The notes beneath the pieces are model-generated. The model saw only the letters and a program-made list of their open reading frames with translations, did not search any database and had not been told where the DNA came from. From positions 1 through 52,348 of the forward strand of contig CAJXLE010000001.1 in NCBI GenBank assembly GCA_913055895.1: DNA of 52,348 nucleotides. Reading direction: 5' to 3'. Below are positions 1 to 8,156 of this stretch, piece by piece. Position 1 is the first letter of the stretch, and each line of letters starts with the position of its first letter. Source of the DNA: an uncultured Bacteroidota bacterium (GTDB lineage Bacteria; Bacteroidota; Bacteroidia; Bacteroidales; UBA12077). The position numbers and the translations under genes were made by a program.

Positions 1-1
1 A

Positions 2-133
2 AAGGTCTATGAGCAGATGCGCAGCAAGCAGATCACCATGGCACCGGTGTTGCAGGATGACCAGCTGGCGGGACTCATCGACCTGGACAACATCAACGAG
101 TTTCTGATGGTGCGCCGGGCCCTGAGAAGGTAA
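2..133 (+). CDS. C-terminal fragment of a CBS-domain-like protein (gene begins upstream of the window)
   Basis: Frame 2 is open from the window edge to TAA at 131-133. The translation KVYEQMRSKQITMAPVLQDDQLAGLIDLDNINEFLMVRRALRR looks like the end of a CBS pair, but it is too short for a firm call. Confidence 0.4.
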   Translation, partial: KVYEQMRSKQITMAPVLQDDQLAGLIDLDNINEFLMVRRALRR

Positions 134-341
134 AACGTTGTCTCACCGGTTGTATCCATGGAAGAAACGCTTATGTCTGAAAAAAACAGCCGCCAACAGG
201 CTACAGTCCGAAAGAAAGAATCCGAGACAAAAAGATGCCGGGTAGGAATAGTTGTATGAACCTTGTAGGATTGGATGATATTTTGTGATATGTTTTTTGG
301 TTTGTTTTTGAATTAACAGGAAAACTTTCTATCTTGCTGGT

Positions 342-1574
342 TTGTATACCAAAAAACCATTAAACATGAGCGACCTGAACAGAAGAGCATTCCTGAAGAC
401 CTCGATGCTTGGCGCAGCCGGGGCATTTATCGGAAACCGCATGCTGGGATCGGAGAAGCTTTCACCCCTTCCCACGGAAAAGAAACAAGGAAAAGTGGTC
501 ACCCGAAAACTTGGCAATACAGGCATTGAACTCCCGGTGGTGAGTTTTGGTGTGATGCGTGCCGACAACCCGGCACTGGTTCATGCTGCCCTGGATGCAG
601 GATTCAGGCATTTTGACACAGCCCATGTCTATCAGAATGGCAACAATGAGAAGATGCTGGGGGAAGAGCTGAAAGACTATCCCCGGGATTCCTTCACCAT
701 CGCCACCAAGGTGCCGCCGGAGGAGAAAGACCGCAAGACGGGCAACCTGCTCAGCGGCAGCACCAAAAAAGCTTTCCTGGATAAGCTGGACACCAGCCTG
801 GAGCGCCTGAAGATGGATTATGTCGACATCCTGTATGCCCACAGCATATCATCGCGTCAGGCCGTGGAGTTTGAGCCCATCCTGGATGCCCTTCAGACAG
901 CCAAAAAGCAGGGCAAGGCCAAACACATCGGCCTGTCAACCCACCGCAATGAGGTGGAGGTGATTGAAGCAGCCATCGAGAAGGGCGTTCACGAGGTGAT
1001 CCTCACCGCTTACAATTTCAAGCAGGATCACCAGGAAAAGCTCGGCAAGGTGATCGCCAGGGCCTCCAAGGCAGGCATCGGCATTGTGGGTATGAAGTCG
1101 ATGGCCGGGGGCGACCTGGGTAAAAATTCCGATCAGCCTGTTAATTTTAAAGCTGCCCTGAAATGGGTGCTCAACAACCCCCATGTGCACACGACCATAC
1201 CCGGCATCATCAATTTTAAGCAAATGAAGGAGAATTTCTCCGTCATGGAGGACCTGAGCCTGACCAGCGAGGAGAAAAATTTTATCCATGCCGCTTCGGC
1301 GAAAGCCGGCTTATATTGCAACGGCTGCAACACCTGTACGGATTCCTGCCGCAAGGGGTTGCCCATACCCGATTTAATGCGCGCCCACATGTATGCCTAT
1401 GGCTACCGTGAGATGAAGAAAGCCCGCGAAGTGCTGGATGAGCACCAGGTACACGACAACCCCTGTAAGGATTGTGCAGTGTGCACCGCCAGTTGTGTCA
1501 AAGGCTTTGACCTGCCGGCACGCCTGGCCGATATCAGCAGGATGGGGCAGGTTCCCGAAGAATTTCTTGTTTAA
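342..1574 (+). CDS. Tat-signal aldo/keto reductase fused to a C-terminal 2x[4Fe-4S]-type cysteine domain
   Basis: 410-aa ORF. NRRAFLKTSMLGAAGAF matches the twin-arginine consensus (S/T-R-R-x-F-L-K). AKR-like core blocks are visible (FDTAHVYQNGNNE, HIGLSTH). The C-terminus has two C-x2-C-x2-C-x3-C motifs (CNGCNTCTDSC, CKDCAVCTASC). The true start may be the ATG at 366 (MSDLNRRAFL). Confidence 0.8.
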   Translation: MYTKKPLNMSDLNRRAFLKTSMLGAAGAFIGNRMLGSEKLSPLPTEKKQGKVVTRKLGNTGIELPVVSFGVMRADNPALVHAALDAGFRHFDTAHVYQNGNNEKMLGEELKDYPRDSFTIATKVPPEEKDRKTGNLLSGSTKKAFLDKLDTSLERLKMDYVDILYAHSISSRQAVEFEPILDALQTAKKQGKAKHIGLSTHRNEVEVIEAAIEKGVHEVILTAYNFKQDHQEKLGKVIARASKAGIGIVGMKSMAGGDLGKNSDQPVNFKAALKWVLNNPHVHTTIPGIINFKQMKENFSVMEDLSLTSEEKNFIHAASAKAGLYCNGCNTCTDSCRKGLPIPDLMRAHMYAYGYREMKKAREVLDEHQVHDNPCKDCAVCTASCVKGFDLPARLADISRMGQVPEEFLV

Positions 1575-1598
1575 TCCGTTTTACATAAAGAACACAAT

Positions 1599-2471
1599 AT
1601 GATGAAAAGCAACAACATGCTGCAGGGTTTATGGATCATGCTGGCTGTCGTGGTGATGGCCGGCCAGTCTGCTGCGGCCGACGACAAAAAGAAAGACCTG
1701 TTTCCGGCCATGGAAGGCTGGAAGCTGGAAGTGGGCGAGCAGGTTTACAATTCCGGCAACCTTTGGAACATCATCAATGGCGCTGCCGACGCGTATCTGA
1801 GCTACGACTTCGAGAAGCTCTATACAGCCGAATACATCAAAGGCGATGATCAACGGCTTAAAGTTTATATCTTTCAGCACAGCACCCCCACCAACACCTT
1901 CGGCATCTATTCGCAGGAGCGGAGTTCAGACTATACCTTTGTTTCAACAGGTGCCCAGGGATTCAGGAACCAGGATGCCTACTATTTTATTACGGGTCCC
2001 TACTACGTCCAGATATCCACCAACGACCAGGGCCTTTCCAAGGCAATGGCACAGCTGGCCTCCAGCATCAACAGCAAGATTGGGGCCTCCGACGATCTGC
2101 CGGAAACCCTGGGCCTCTTCCCGGAGAATGGACTGGTGGAGAACTCCGAAAAGTATATAGCATCGAACTTTTTGGGCTTCAGTTACCTTCATTCAGCTTT
2201 CCAGGCCGAGTACAAAAAGGGCGATGAGTCTTTCAGAATGTTTATCATCCATCCCGGCAAAAAAGAAGAAATCGACCAGATGTTGTCGGAATATTTTGAT
2301 TTTGTCGAACAGCCCAAAGATCAGAGGGAAGGTAAAATCATCCAGGTGGAGGATCCCTACAACGGTAAGGTGTGGCTCAGCCCACAGGGCAAATACCTTG
2401 GAGGGGTCATAGGAGCTTCCAGGACCACCGGTAAAGAATACATCCGCCTGCTCAGGGACCAGCTGGATTGA
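1599..2471 (+). CDS. secreted hypothetical protein (Sec signal peptide)
   Basis: 290-aa ORF starting 24 nt after the AKR stop on the same strand. The N-terminus LWIMLAVVVMAGQSAAADD looks like a signal peptide. The composition is globular and I recognise no catalytic motif. Confidence 0.7.
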   Translation: MMKSNNMLQGLWIMLAVVVMAGQSAAADDKKKDLFPAMEGWKLEVGEQVYNSGNLWNIINGAADAYLSYDFEKLYTAEYIKGDDQRLKVYIFQHSTPTNTFGIYSQERSSDYTFVSTGAQGFRNQDAYYFITGPYYVQISTNDQGLSKAMAQLASSINSKIGASDDLPETLGLFPENGLVENSEKYIASNFLGFSYLHSAFQAEYKKGDESFRMFIIHPGKKEEIDQMLSEYFDFVEQPKDQREGKIIQVEDPYNGKVWLSPQGKYLGGVIGASRTTGKEYIRLLRDQLD

Positions 2472-2565
2472 CAGCCCAACGGTGAAAACCAATATTCTGT
2501 AAGTGAGAACGGTATTCTGTTGCGGACAACAACAGATACCGATTTAGAAGACCAATGAATAAAAA

Positions 2566-2606
2566 ATGAGGCCGTTGAAAAGTTACCTGCTTTCATGCGG
2601 CCTCAT
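2566..2606 (+). terminator. possible hairpin terminator after the 1599-2471 gene
   Basis: A 9-bp perfect stem, ATGAGGCCG (2566-2574) pairing with CGGCCTCAT (2598-2606), is followed by CTTCTTTG. The 23-nt loop is large for an intrinsic terminator. Confidence 0.3.
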
Positions 2607-2770
2607 CTTCTTTGCAGACTTTGCAGTGAGCCATTTTATGCATATTCAAGTTAGCAAAATCCGCCATGAAAAGCAACCGTGTTTTAAATGAAAAATAAAC
2701 GCATGAATGAAGAAAATATGGTCCCGCTTTGTTTAACCGAATGACAGTAATGATTTAAGAAACACATGCC

Positions 2771-5700
2771 ATGTCCCAAGAATTGACCCACACCCCAAAA
2801 CCGGGGAGTTACCATATACACCGTGAGGGTGATTTTCTCAACATCACCCTTCATGTTCCAGGCGACCGGAAGGGAAAGGCCTACCTGAGAACCAGCCTTT
2901 TCAGGCCGCAGCATAAATACCGTGAGATCATAGATAAGACCGAAAGATCGGTTCCCCGCCGTTTTCATGAATGGGGCGACTTCCCTATGGAGCGCAGTGA
3001 AGACGGAACTTTTGCCATTTCCCTTCCCCTGGTGACCGTTGGTTTTTTTGAAGCCAAAGCTTTTTTCCTTCCCGAAGGACAAAAAGAGCCCGTATGGCCT
3101 GAGGGCGACAACGTCTTTATCAAGGTGGAGCCAGCCTCCACGGTCATCAGCAACTCCATATATTCGGCTTTCGTCCGCCTGTTCATCGGCGAAAAAGCCA
3201 TAAAGGACATCAGGGGGGAGTTGAAAACCCTGGAGACACAAAGGAACAAGGACTATGCCATCATTCCCGATTCAGGTAAGTTCAGGGACCTGGCCGCCCG
3301 GGTGGATTTTATCGTTGATGAGCTGGGCTTCGACATCATCATGCTCCTGCCGGTCCACCCTACGCCGACGACCTATGCCCGTATGGGACTTTTCGGCAGT
3401 CCCTATGCCGCGCTCGACTTTGAGAGTGTCGATCCGGCCCTGGCACAGTTTGACAAGGAAACCACGCCCATGGAGCAGTTCGGTGAGCTCATCGATGCCG
3501 TACATGCCAAGCATGCCCGGATCTTTATGGACATACCGGTTAATCATACAGGCTGGGCTTCGCAGCTTCAGGTCCACCATCCCGAATATTTCGTTAAGTC
3601 GGATGCCGGCAAGTTTGTCTCTCCCGGTGCCTGGGGTGTCACCTGGAGCGACCTGGCCAAGCTGGATTACTCCCAAAAGGGTTTGTGGAAGTACATGGCA
3701 GATGTGTTCCTCTTTTGGTGTGACAAAGGCATCGACGGTTTCCGCTGCGACGCCGGCTATATGATACCCCTCGAAGCCTGGAAGTACATCACCGCCCGGG
3801 TGCGCAGGCAATACCCGGGAACGGTCTTCCTGCTGGAAGGCCTGGGCGGGAAAGTCACCACCACCGAGAAGCTGCTGACCGAGTGCGATTTGAACTGGGC
3901 CTATTCGGAGATGTTTCAAAACTACGACCAGGGCCAGATGGAGTGGTATCTCCAGCAGTACCAGGGCATCACCTTTTCGAAGGGCCCCCTGGTCAATTTT
4001 TCCGAAACGCATGACAACCAACGCCTGGCCTCGGTGTCGAAAAGCTTCTCCAGGTTGCGCAACGGCATCACCGCGTTGCTTTCTGATACGGGAACCTTCG
4101 GCATCACCTGCGGGGTGGAATGGTATGCCGATGAGAAGATCGATGTCCACCGCCTGACATCCATGAACTGGGGCCAGGCCGACAACCAGGTGGCTTACCT
4201 GAGGCGGCTGAACAACATCATCAAGACCCATCCGTCTTTCAGGGCCGGGAGCAGCATGAAGAAGATACATACCAGCCAGGAAAACAGCATCGCCTATAAA
4301 AGGCTTTCTCCCGAGGGCCGTCAGACGATGATCGTGGTGGCCAACCTTTCCGAGCGGGCCAATGATGTGTATGTCGATCGCCACGAGGCGTGGGAGCTGC
4401 TGGATTACCGCCAGGACCTCCTTACCGGTGAGGACATCCTGGTGGAGCCCCATGAGAAGACTTTCCGGGTAGCACTTAAGCCCCACCACATAGCCGCCGT
4501 CTGCAACGATCCTTCCTACCATCCACAGGTCATGGACTTGCGTACAGATGGTTTCATCAGGGAGATCAAAGCCGCACGCCTTCTCAAACTGCAGATCATG
4601 AAACTTTTCCTGTCGGCAGGCTTTGAAGTGGATGAAGGGTTGCTTGATGAAAAAACAAGGGCCTTTAAAGCAGATCCTTATGCTTTTTTCTTTGATCATT
4701 TCGAAGCGCGGCCGCCGGTGGTTCAATGGACCCACCAGCGGGATGTGAGGCGGCAGGTGATCATTCCCCTTCACACCCCGGTGCTGGTGCAGGCAGAGCA
4801 CTATTTCCGCTTTCGGCTGCGCAACAACCAGGGGATCCTGGAGCACGGGGAAGGGTTCTATCTCGACAACAACAGGTATGTATCCATCCTACCACCCGGT
4901 GTCTTTGATACCTGGAAAGAAGACTATTTCATGGACATAGAGGTGTACGACGGCAGCCGCGTATGGCGCCACACCAGCAGCTTGCTCGTGGCTTCCCGGC
5001 ATATGTTTGCACCCTCACTGAAATATTCGCGGCAACAGGTACATGAAGATCATACCCTTGTGGGGCTATCGGTGAACAAGGCTGGTGGTGCCAGCCTGGC
5101 CAGGGGGGCTTTCTCAGCCCTTCAGAGCAAATACGATGCCCTGGTTGCAGCCAACCTGGACCCTGTCTTTCCCAACGACAGGCACATCATGCTTACCCGG
5201 CTGCGCGGCTGGACGGTTTATAAGGGTTTCTCCAGGGCCATCATCCCCGAGTACCAGGAGCAGTTCTTTCACCAGCACAACATCACCCGTTATTATTTCA
5301 AGATGCCGGCTGGCGGTGGTCTTTATATCCCCCTGTGGCTTACCTTCCGTTTTGACGAGGCCCGTGACAGGCTGGATGTCAGTATTTGCCGTGCGCGCCT
5401 GGCCGGCGAACCCGTACCCGGGGATGCCACACCGGTGAAGATCATCCTTCGACCGGATATTGAAAGCCGCAACCATCATGAGCTGACCAAGGCTTTTGCC
5501 GGGCCGGAAAAGAACTGGCCCAGGCAGGTCAGTGAAAAAGAAACAGGCTTTGCCTTCGATGACCAGGGTGCCAGGCTGCAGATGCTCATGCCAGGGGGCA
5601 CTTTTGTCAGGGAAGATGAGTGGCAGTATATGGTTGGCCGGCCGGTGGAAAAAGAACGGGGCATGGATGGCGAGGGCGACCTCTACAGTCCCGGTTACTT

Positions 5701-7138
5701 CACCGTCTACCTGCACGGTGGCGAGCAATATAAGATGGCGGCTGAGGTCCGGGCGGTGGACCGGGATTCTTCCAGGGCAGACACCAGGCAGACCGACTTG
5801 GAGCCAGAAGCACCGGCCAACGCTTCTTATGGCTCTTCGGGAGAAGACAGCCGGGATGCAGGCAATGCTTCAAAATCTGTAAAGCATACCCAGGCGAGCT
5901 TGCAGTCTGATGAACCCGGTGTCCGGGATCTTCTTAAAGATGCCATCCGCCAGTTTATGGTCAGGCGCAACCACAACAAGACCGTGCTGGCCGGCTTTCC
6001 CTGGTTCCTGGACTGGGGACGCGACACCCTCATATGCCTGCGTGGCATCATAGCGGCCGGTTACCTGAAGGAAGCCGAAAGCATCCTGGTCGAGTTTGCC
6101 GCCTTTGAGGAGCGGGGCACCCTGCCCAACGTGATAAGGGGCAACGACACCTCCAACCGCGATACCTCCGATGCCCCGCTTTGGTTCATAGCGGCCCTCA
6201 AAGACCTTGCAGGGTCTGCCGGCCCATCCCTGCTTCAGAAGGAAGCTGGCGGACGCACGCTGCTCGGGGTGGCCCGCTCCATAGCCAACCATTATATCAA
6301 GGGCACGCCCAACGGCATACACATGGATCCCGACAGCGCCCTGGTCTACAGCCCCACCCATTTTACCTGGATGGACACCAATTACCCGGCAGGCACGCCG
6401 CGGCAGGGTTATCCCATAGAGATACAGGCCCTGTGGTACCATGCCCTGTCTTTCCTGGCAGAGAAAGATGATGAGGCAGGGCATTGGGAAGATCTTGCCC
6501 AAAAGGTGCGTCAGTCCATTGAAAAATATTTTGTAATCGACAACCCCGATCCCATGTTGCCGGGACATAAGTACCTGTCCGACTGCCTGCATGCCGATGA
6601 GTTTGTAGCTGCCGCCAGGGCACAGCCCGACGACCATGTGCGGCCCAACCAGCTTTTTGCCATCACCCTGGGGGCCATCAACGATACGACCCTGGCCTCC
6701 GGCATCCTTGCGGTTTCGGAAGAACTGCTTGTGCCCGGTGCCATAAGAAGCCTGGCCGACCGCCGCAACCAGTATCCCCTTCCTGTCTACCACCAGGGTG
6801 AGCTGCTCAACGATCCGGTAAGGCCCTACCAGGGGAAGTATACAGGAGATGAGGACCATCAGCGCAAACCCGCCTACCACAACGGAACAGCCTGGACATG
6901 GCCCTTCCCGTCATACTGTGAAGCCCTGTGGATGACCTGGGGCAAAGGAGCCCGGGAAAATGCAAGCGATATCCTGGCCACCTCCATCAAACAAATTCAG
7001 CAGGGAGGCGTGGGCCACATACCCGAAGTGCTCGATGGCAACCATCCCCACACGCAGAAAGGCTGTTTTGCCCAGGCATGGGGCATCACTGAATTTTACC
7101 GGGTGGCCCGGCTGCTTGAATTTCCCCAGTTGCGGTGA
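2771..7138 (+). CDS. GH13 alpha-amylase-family catalytic domain fused to a glycogen debranching enzyme (GDE_N-like + amylo-alpha-1,6-glucosidase GDE_C/GH133-like)
   Basis: Uninterrupted 1455-aa ORF. All four GH13 conserved regions are readable: DIPVNHTG (D254/H259), GFRCDAGYM (D327), FLLEGLGG (E356), FSETHDNQR (H414/D415). aa ~760-985 look like GDE_N (NKAGGASLARG, EKERGMDGEGDLYSPGYF). aa ~1050-1455 carry GDE_C hallmarks GFPWFLDWGRDT, YHNGTAWTWPF and CFAQAWG. A Ser/Asp/Ala-rich linker sits at aa ~985-1045. Confidence 0.85.
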   Translation: MSQELTHTPKPGSYHIHREGDFLNITLHVPGDRKGKAYLRTSLFRPQHKYREIIDKTERSVPRRFHEWGDFPMERSEDGTFAISLPLVTVGFFEAKAFFLPEGQKEPVWPEGDNVFIKVEPASTVISNSIYSAFVRLFIGEKAIKDIRGELKTLETQRNKDYAIIPDSGKFRDLAARVDFIVDELGFDIIMLLPVHPTPTTYARMGLFGSPYAALDFESVDPALAQFDKETTPMEQFGELIDAVHAKHARIFMDIPVNHTGWASQLQVHHPEYFVKSDAGKFVSPGAWGVTWSDLAKLDYSQKGLWKYMADVFLFWCDKGIDGFRCDAGYMIPLEAWKYITARVRRQYPGTVFLLEGLGGKVTTTEKLLTECDLNWAYSEMFQNYDQGQMEWYLQQYQGITFSKGPLVNFSETHDNQRLASVSKSFSRLRNGITALLSDTGTFGITCGVEWYADEKIDVHRLTSMNWGQADNQVAYLRRLNNIIKTHPSFRAGSSMKKIHTSQENSIAYKRLSPEGRQTMIVVANLSERANDVYVDRHEAWELLDYRQDLLTGEDILVEPHEKTFRVALKPHHIAAVCNDPSYHPQVMDLRTDGFIREIKAARLLKLQIMKLFLSAGFEVDEGLLDEKTRAFKADPYAFFFDHFEARPPVVQWTHQRDVRRQVIIPLHTPVLVQAEHYFRFRLRNNQGILEHGEGFYLDNNRYVSILPPGVFDTWKEDYFMDIEVYDGSRVWRHTSSLLVASRHMFAPSLKYSRQQVHEDHTLVGLSVNKAGGASLARGAFSALQSKYDALVAANLDPVFPNDRHIMLTRLRGWTVYKGFSRAIIPEYQEQFFHQHNITRYYFKMPAGGGLYIPLWLTFRFDEARDRLDVSICRARLAGEPVPGDATPVKIILRPDIESRNHHELTKAFAGPEKNWPRQVSEKETGFAFDDQGARLQMLMPGGTFVREDEWQYMVGRPVEKERGMDGEGDLYSPGYFTVYLHGGEQYKMAAEVRAVDRDSSRADTRQTDLEPEAPANASYGSSGEDSRDAGNASKSVKHTQASLQSDEPGVRDLLKDAIRQFMVRRNHNKTVLAGFPWFLDWGRDTLICLRGIIAAGYLKEAESILVEFAAFEERGTLPNVIRGNDTSNRDTSDAPLWFIAALKDLAGSAGPSLLQKEAGGRTLLGVARSIANHYIKGTPNGIHMDPDSALVYSPTHFTWMDTNYPAGTPRQGYPIEIQALWYHALSFLAEKDDEAGHWEDLAQKVRQSIEKYFVIDNPDPMLPGHKYLSDCLHADEFVAAARAQPDDHVRPNQLFAITLGAINDTTLASGILAVSEELLVPGAIRSLADRRNQYPLPVYHQGELLNDPVRPYQGKYTGDEDHQRKPAYHNGTAWTWPFPSYCEALWMTWGKGARENASDILATSIKQIQQGGVGHIPEVLDGNHPHTQKGCFAQAWGITEFYRVARLLEFPQLR

Positions 7139-7400
7139 ATTTCACGGGCACTCGAACATTTATTGCCAACCGGTAAAAATGACCTTTTGTTGGCCGGTTG
7201 AAAAAAATTCTCTGTCAGGAATAAAAAATTGTTTTTTAATTAATAGATAGAAAATATTGTGTTAATTTTATAGGCTCATTTCTTATCTATTTTTGTTTCT
7301 GAGTTTTTCTCAAGTTTTTTCTGTTTGCTTTTAGCTGATATGATTCAGCCCTGACGGGAAATTCACAATAATTTATGTATATTTTTTAAACAACATTCAA

Positions 7401-7685
7401 ATGGCACAAGTCAAAACCAAAACATCAAAGAAGAGAATCACTTTCCGGTTTCAGGCACAGCCGGGTAGTGACGTTCACGTAGCAGGCGATTTTAACGACT
7501 GGGATCCATCGGCCCGGCGGATGAAGGATAAGGACAACAGTGGCAACTATGCCACCACCATGCTCCTGCCCCCGGGTGAGTATCAGTACAAATTTGTGAT
7601 CGACGGACATTGGAGCATTGATCCCAACTGCGACGAGTGGGTGCCTAATGCCATGGGTTCACTCAACAGCGTACTGAAAATATAA
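7401..7685 (+). CDS. stand-alone CBM48 / AMPK-beta-type glycogen-binding module protein (94 aa)
   Basis: ITFRFQAQPGSDVHVAGDFNDWDPSARRM...LLPPGEYQYKFVIDGHWSIDPN...NSVLKI follows the AMPK-beta/CBM48 pattern (V.V.GsFN.W ... L.pG.yqYKF.VDG.W..D). It sits inside the glycogen locus on the same strand. Confidence 0.8.
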   Translation: MAQVKTKTSKKRITFRFQAQPGSDVHVAGDFNDWDPSARRMKDKDNSGNYATTMLLPPGEYQYKFVIDGHWSIDPNCDEWVPNAMGSLNSVLKI

Positions 7686-8156
7686 CCCGGATCATCACCC
7701 TACAGAAAAAATTGCCATCACATCCTGCTTTTTGCTTCCGGAGACACCATGGACGGCGGCCTGACTGCTATGACGGGCTGCCTGGTTCTTTTTTACTCGT
7801 TTGTAACCTAAGATGGTTGCCCCAATCATACGATCATCGATGGACGTTTGCCGGATGAGTTGCTGGCAATTTCAGAAGCTCATCGGAACATGCATTCTTT
7901 GTTCTGAATTAGAAACAAATTTTGTGGGATTCTGTATTGATTATTTTTTACCGTTGTTGTAATTTACACCTTTATCTGAAAAGATGCACGGGAGGCCTAC
8001 CCACCTTTTGACTGGCTGACACAGATATGATAAAATATTCATTGTTGCCACCAAAAAAGATGTGATGATTGTTTTGTAATGGTGGCATGGCATGTGTCGG
8101 ATAGGAAAGTTGGATGAGTTGCCCCCGGCCAATGATTTAATAAAAAGTAGAATCAA

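Noticed and set aside
3272-4846. 524-aa ORF on the minus strand inside the GH13-GDE gene
   Set aside because: It lies entirely antisense to a gene with clear catalytic motifs. The translation is Gly/Pro/Arg/His-rich with no motifs. This is a typical shadow ORF in GC-rich coding DNA.
5870-6880. 336-aa minus-strand ORF inside the GDE_C region
   Set aside because: It is antisense to the strongly supported GDE_C coding frame, and the translation has no recognisable features.
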